DNA of 10,989 nucleotides from a virus (Duplodnaviria; Heunggongvirae; Uroviricota; Caudoviricetes): IMG/VR virus record IMGVR_UViG_2526164603_000035; one strand, 5' to 3'. Shown piece by piece: positions 7,301 to 10,989 of this stretch (position 1 is its first letter; each line of letters starts with the position of its first letter). The notes under the pieces were generated by a model. It saw only the letters and a program-made list of their open reading frames with translations, ran no database searches and was not told where the DNA came from. The position numbers and the translations under genes were made by a program.

Positions 7301-7866
7301 TGCTCCGCAATGATTTTGATGGTTGTGGCAGTAAACGCCGCGCCATTCGACTGAATGGTTAACGTGCTGCCATTTGTGGCAAGAAAGCCGTCTTTATCCA
7401 CGCTGAAGAACGTAGCTAACAGGATGTTGTCGGTTGTTGTTGCCGAGTTGCGACTGCTTACTAGCGTGTCAGGAACAGAACCGGAGAATGTTAGCTGCAT
7501 TGACCTGTTGGCGGTTCCGCTGGGCCACGTCCCGACAATCGACAGCTTGAAGAACAAGGTTTTGTTCTCGTTGAACACAACCATCTTGTTGTTAACGGTG
7601 TCGAAGAATGGTGCCAACGTCCCGGATGACGGCGTAAGCGTTTTCAGCAGGCTAACAAGGTTGGTCGGCGCTGTCGGGATGGTTACTGATACGCCAGAGT
7701 AAACAACCTCTGACTTCTTGCGCGTAGTGGCATACTCCAGAGCATTAATGCGCGTTTCATGGTCTGAAACCTGCGATTCCAGCGACTGAACTCTGGTATC
7801 AAGCGATGCAATATCGCTTTCATTCAAGGCAATCAGTGGGTTTACGTCATGGAGTGGGCTCAACAC
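7297..7866 (-). pseudogene. P22 gp26-like tail needle, 5'-truncated
   Basis: Translation has a heptad coiled-coil segment (NPLIALNESDIASLDTRVQSLESQVSDHETRINALE) and a Ser/Thr-rich C-terminal domain, as in needle proteins. The frame opens at GTG 7866 with an in-frame stop just upstream (7870-7872) and no SD, and the N-terminal domain found in P22 gp26 is missing. Confidence 0.5.
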
Positions 7867-8544
7867 CAGTCAGAGCCGCATGTACACGCAATAATCATGG
7901 TGAACGAAAGAAGCATTAATGGGCAAGCTGGCAAAATTGTCAGCAAATGGGTAACACTGGCAAACAATGCAATCCCATCAAATGTTCCTCCCCAGTGGGA
8001 TCTAGATTTGAAAGGTCAGCAATATTCAGAGCCTACAAAGTGTATAGGTAAACAGATTGATTACATGGCAAAGCCCGAAACTAAGTTAAATGACTTTAAT
8101 AGAGAGGCGAGCAAGAGCCTATATGATTGGTCAGATGCCAACGTTTGGGGTTATTCGAATGGCTGGGCGCGGCATGAGATAAAAAAAGAAACACTTTCTA
8201 TCACTGGCTTTCATGCTGTAAGACGCATACTAAAAGCCGTTCAGGCATCAAGGAAAGACAACTACAAAGCTAAGCGACAGATACAGCGTACATTGAAACG
8301 ACAAGACATAAATCGATCACCAATCACCCCGTTCCAAGCACCGTTAATTAGCAAACACGATTGGGATTTATCAGTGATAGCGGTCACCAAAGAGGCAGAG
8401 ACAGAGCGCAGGGAATTACTATCCTCACAGATAATAAACTCGAACAAAGTACAAACCCACCCACTGTTAAGGATGTTAAGAAGAGCACGAGTGAGAGCAT
8501 CCAGAGCCAAAAGAGAAAGCGGAGGTTATGACCATTACTACTAG
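7849..8544 (+). pseudogene. ORF with HUH-endonuclease-like motifs (rolling-circle Rep or relaxase-like), apparently 5'-truncated
   Basis: Contains EPHVHAIIMVN (HUH-type motif His-hydrophobic-His followed by hydrophobic residues) and, about 60 aa later, DYMAKPETK (Tyr-x-x-Lys). This order and spacing resemble motifs II and III of rolling-circle initiators, though short motifs can occur by chance. The frame is open from 7768, with no SD and no motif I. Confidence 0.3.
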
Positions 8545-8546
8545 TA

Positions 8547-8756
8547 GTGACAGATCGTGACAAGGCGGTGCAAAAAACGACCAATAATAAGAGAGATATG
8601 CCTGCCAAACCGCCAAAAGCGCGGAGCGCGGCAAACGCCGCGAGAGGCGCAAGAAGGCGAACCTATCCATTGAAACGGTCAGAAGCGCATCGCGCTCGAC
8701 GACCGAAGTCCCCACTAACACCGTTAACGAAAGATCAAAGTCTTAGAAAAAAATGA
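8547..8756 (+). CDS. Questionable small, highly basic ORF (69 aa; Arg/Lys/Pro-rich)
   Basis: From the track only. It lies in a region where several overlapping ORFs on both strands encode low-complexity basic peptides, so it may be non-coding. Confidence 0.2.
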   Translation: MTDRDKAVQKTTNNKRDMPAKPPKARSAANAARGARRRTYPLKRSEAHRARRPKSPLTPLTKDQSLRKK

Positions 8757-8837
8757 CGTTTCTTTGATGGACTTCCATCCGTAAAAATCAAATTTTGAGA
8801 AAAAGTACTTATAGAAATTAATCGCTCTATAAGGATA

Positions 8838-8950
8838 AGTTGACGTTAGTTTAAAGTGATAAAACATTAAAGAAAAAACGTAAAATCAAATACATAAAAT
8901 AAGTCACCAAGGGATCATTTTCAGAAAACAACGTCAACGTAACGTCAACT
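8838..8950. repeat. Perfect 11-bp inverted repeat AGTTGACGTTA (8838-8848) / TAACGTCAACT (8940-8950), plus an adjacent direct copy of ACGTCAAC (8931-8938) spaced about 11-12 bp from the second arm
   Basis: Read directly from the sequence, within an AT-rich non-coding stretch. Confidence 0.6.
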
Positions 8951-9123
8951 CTGTAAGAACTTTTTTGGTCACTTTTTGGGTTGAATGTACGTAAAAATCC
9001 CCAGCAGTGAAATTTGAGCGCGTAAGCACAATTCTGAGGGGCTTTTTGTCTGTAGGTTAGGCAGTGTAACTAACAATACAAGAAGTTAGCTCTGACTAAC
9101 TATTTAATTAACTTTTCAATCTA

Positions 9124-9160
9124 ATTGCGTTAGATATTATACCCTAACGCAATATTTTTA
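9124..9160 (+). terminator. Hairpin with T-run (10-bp perfect stem ATTGCGTTAG/CTAACGCAAT, 10-nt loop, then ATTTTTA)
   Basis: Seen in sequence about 55-90 bp beyond the stop of the 470-aa minus-strand gene. The T-run is on the plus side, so it may terminate plus-strand transcripts and act more weakly for the convergent gene. Confidence 0.35.
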
Positions 9161-9213
9161 ATTCAATAATGTCTGTAAATTGTTATTACTTATAATTATA
9201 CATTTAACTATAT

Positions 9214-10626
9214 CTACATTGGCTGCTTCCAATTACTACTTACGTAACGGAATCTCGGATCCTCTGTTTTTGGCTCGGTATAATAAGAATCATCAATAGT
9301 AAAGTTCGACGCTAATTTATCCCGAAGCCCACCTAAACGTTCAATGCTTGTTAGTTCGTTAGTAACATCCTTGAAAACGGTAGAAAATGCTTTATGTTGT
9401 TTAGACTTCATAAATTCAGGAGTGCTCAGTGCAAACTCTTTATCAGGCAAACCTGGAATACCCACGAGTCCTGTCAATGAATTTATACATTTTATCAAAA
9501 AACTGCCTTGAATACCTTGATTTGATGGAACACCGTAGCTTCGTTTAATATCTCCAGATATTTTATCTAAATCACTTAGTAATTTTGTTACTTTTTTATT
9601 TCCTGCACTTATCCCCGATTCATCGTAGGTCACATGAATCTCTCGGATTACATCTCGACACGTACGAAAATGATCATGTGTTCTAAGCTCTAAAGCTGAA
9701 TTGATAACTTGAGAGACATTTCCTGTTTCGTTTGCTAGCCATGCAGAAAATATTGGTAAATCTAATGAAATAGTAGATGTGCGTCCATGATCTACAATTT
9801 CAGATCTTGCAGTACTGATTTTATCAGACAACGATTGCACCAACCTTGCAGTATAATCATGACCAAAAGCACCTGTTTTTTTCATCCAATGCAATTGATA
9901 TGCATGCCTTATTGGATGAATAAATGAGTCTGCTTTAAAATGCTTAGCAATGACGCTGTAATAAATAGATTTATATGCCAACCAATTTAGCGATGCGATA
10001 AACATTTCAAGTGAACGAGTCATACCTCCTTTACCGCGAGTAGATTTTTCCCTTTCTAGTTCAAATTCACGCTCAGTATATTCATGTCCAGATGAACTCA
10101 CTAGCTTCACATCGGTTGACCAGTACCCTTTCGTATCAGAAGCATCTGATAATTCATTAAAAATCGATGCACTTAGTTCACTATATTTCGCATATTCAGG
10201 AGTACCGGGCTGACCAAGCATTTTCATTGTTAAGTAATACACGCTAGACCGAAGATCCCATGTGCAAATCATATTCAGCTTAAGCATCTCTACAAGTTGC
10301 CTAAAATCATCGTCAACAAACTCCCCACCTCTAATTTCGGAAGTAATTTGCCGAGATTCAACTTGTGCTAACTGATCAAGTTCACTGAGTTGAAAATCAC
10401 TTTCAGATACAAATTTAATAAAGTCAAATTTAGCAATGCGTTTATCTCTATATTCTTTTTTATAATTATCTACACAGATCAGGGTATCGTAAAAAAGTAT
10501 CGCTTGAATAAGATTTTCAAAAGCGACTAAATCTCCGTTAATAGTATCTGGATTCTTAACAAGAATATCACCCAGTGTTCTTTCGACTGCTGTTAACGAA
10601 GCATTATCAATCAACGCATAAGACAT
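9214..10626 (-). CDS. Orphan 470-aa protein of unknown function in AT-rich cargo DNA (candidate defence or accessory gene)
   Basis: Long uninterrupted ORF with a strong SD (GGAGG) 7 nt upstream of the ATG. It is visibly AT-rich compared with the flanking phage structural genes. I see no Walker or other recognisable catalytic motifs; two R-x(5-6)-H spacings (IRHAYQLH, RDVIREIH) are noted only as weak hints. Confidence 0.75.
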   Translation of the reverse strand: MSYALIDNASLTAVERTLGDILVKNPDTINGDLVAFENLIQAILFYDTLICVDNYKKEYRDKRIAKFDFIKFVSESDFQLSELDQLAQVESRQITSEIRGGEFVDDDFRQLVEMLKLNMICTWDLRSSVYYLTMKMLGQPGTPEYAKYSELSASIFNELSDASDTKGYWSTDVKLVSSSGHEYTEREFELEREKSTRGKGGMTRSLEMFIASLNWLAYKSIYYSVIAKHFKADSFIHPIRHAYQLHWMKKTGAFGHDYTARLVQSLSDKISTARSEIVDHGRTSTISLDLPIFSAWLANETGNVSQVINSALELRTHDHFRTCRDVIREIHVTYDESGISAGNKKVTKLLSDLDKISGDIKRSYGVPSNQGIQGSFLIKCINSLTGLVGIPGLPDKEFALSTPEFMKSKQHKAFSTVFKDVTNELTSIERLGGLRDKLASNFTIDDSYYTEPKTEDPRFRYVSSNWKQPM

Positions 10627-10670
10627 TAAACTACCTCCATTAGATAATATCTAATAACATTATATTTCAA
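10627..10670 (-). promoter_or_regulatory. Candidate promoter and RBS for the 470-aa gene (perfect TATAAT on the minus strand at 10659-10664, then GGAGG)
   Basis: Hexamer read directly from the sequence. No convincing -35 element, so confidence is low. Confidence 0.25.
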
Positions 10671-10812
10671 TTAGGTTTAAAAATTGTGATACTTATGACA
10701 GATTTGAGTGACATTTTATCAATCTACTGATTTTGATGGTGAAATTTATTAGAAGGTATGCGTAGTGCTACGGGAGAAATGAGAAACGCGCCCAGCAATG
10801 GCGCATCCTTTC

Positions 10813-10989
10813 TTAAGCAAGTTGGCTAGTATCTATAGCATCCATCCAATCAGGAGCAATTCCCAAACGTTCCGCGAACTCTTCATTGGTCACGTCTTCC
10901 ATTGAGAGACTAGCCAGACAATCGTTAATTTCAGAATAGACGGGGGAAAGTAATAGGTATTCCCGCAACTCTTTCAGGTCTTTTTCCAT
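10813..10989 (-). CDS. Small acidic ORF upstream of the 470-aa gene (58 aa if the ATG at the window edge is the start; may extend beyond the window)
   Basis: Manual translation of the reverse complement: MEKDLKELREYLLLSPVYSEINDCLASLSMEDVTNEEFAERLGIAPDWMDAIDTSQLA, ending TAA at 10813-10815. It is followed on the minus strand by a GC hairpin (GCGCC-ATTGCTG-GGCGC) at about 10787-10803. Same strand as the 470-aa gene, 186 bp upstream. Confidence 0.4.
   Translation of the reverse strand: MEKDLKELREYLLLSPVYSEINDCLASLSMEDVTNEEFAERLGIAPDWMDAIDTSQLA

Noticed and set aside
6516-7702. Short ORFs 6516..6719 (-), 6910..7140 (-), 7015..7197 (+), 7355..7702 (+) overlapping the gp7-like, gp14-like and needle genes
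   Set aside because: Alternative-frame or antisense ORFs within better-supported structural genes.
8262-8721. Three overlapping minus-strand ORFs (8262..8510, 8384..8608, 8476..8721)
   Set aside because: They overlap each other and the plus-strand HUH-like ORF, and their translations are low-complexity, so they look like frame artefacts of Arg/Lys-codon-rich DNA.
9214-10626. The 470-aa ORF as the P22 tail accessory factor gp10 (similar length, and upstream of the needle in the late-gene order)
   Set aside because: It is separated from the needle remnant by a breakpoint, a divergent HUH-like ORF and 450 bp of non-coding DNA, and its AT-rich composition is unlike the neighbouring structural genes.
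1-10989. CRISPR arrays or rRNA genes
   Set aside because: No regularly spaced direct repeats with unique spacers and no rRNA-like sequence noticed anywhere in the window. The only repeats are the 9-bp in-frame tandem repeat and the TTGACGT-type inverted and direct repeats.

Overview
This window looks like a chromosomal tRNA-associated integration hotspot, with a tRNA-Arg(CCU) gene (argW-type, 3449..3523, + strand) flanked by two different tyrosine-integrase elements. All calls are from reading the sequence and the supplied ORF track; no database search was run, so family assignments rest on motifs, gene order and memory of known families. Left of the tRNA is a decayed P4/satellite-like island: a P4-type integrase (minus strand, probable TTG start at 3253), a convergent AlpA-like regulator, three small ORFs, the C-terminal remnant of an MT-A70-type adenine methyltransferase, a 222-aa putative HTH protein, and the end of an IS3-family insertion sequence at the window edge. 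Right of the tRNA is an IntS-type (KplE1/CPS-53-like) integrase followed by a heavily deleted P22/Sf6-like late region on the minus strand: an AT-rich O-antigen acetyltransferase (Oac-like) C-terminal half fused in frame to the N-terminal part of an ejection protein, then gp7-like and gp14-like genes and a 5'-truncated tail-needle gene. At about 7867 the needle remnant abuts, head to head, a 5'-truncated ORF carrying HUH-endonuclease-like motifs. The most interesting part is the AT-rich block beyond that: a roughly 450-bp non-coding stretch with inverted and helically phased TTGACGT-type repeats, then a 470-aa orphan protein with a strong RBS and a small acidic ORF upstream of it. I could not assign the 470-aa protein to any family and flag it as a candidate undescribed phage-defence or accessory gene. 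No CRISPR array or rRNA was seen.
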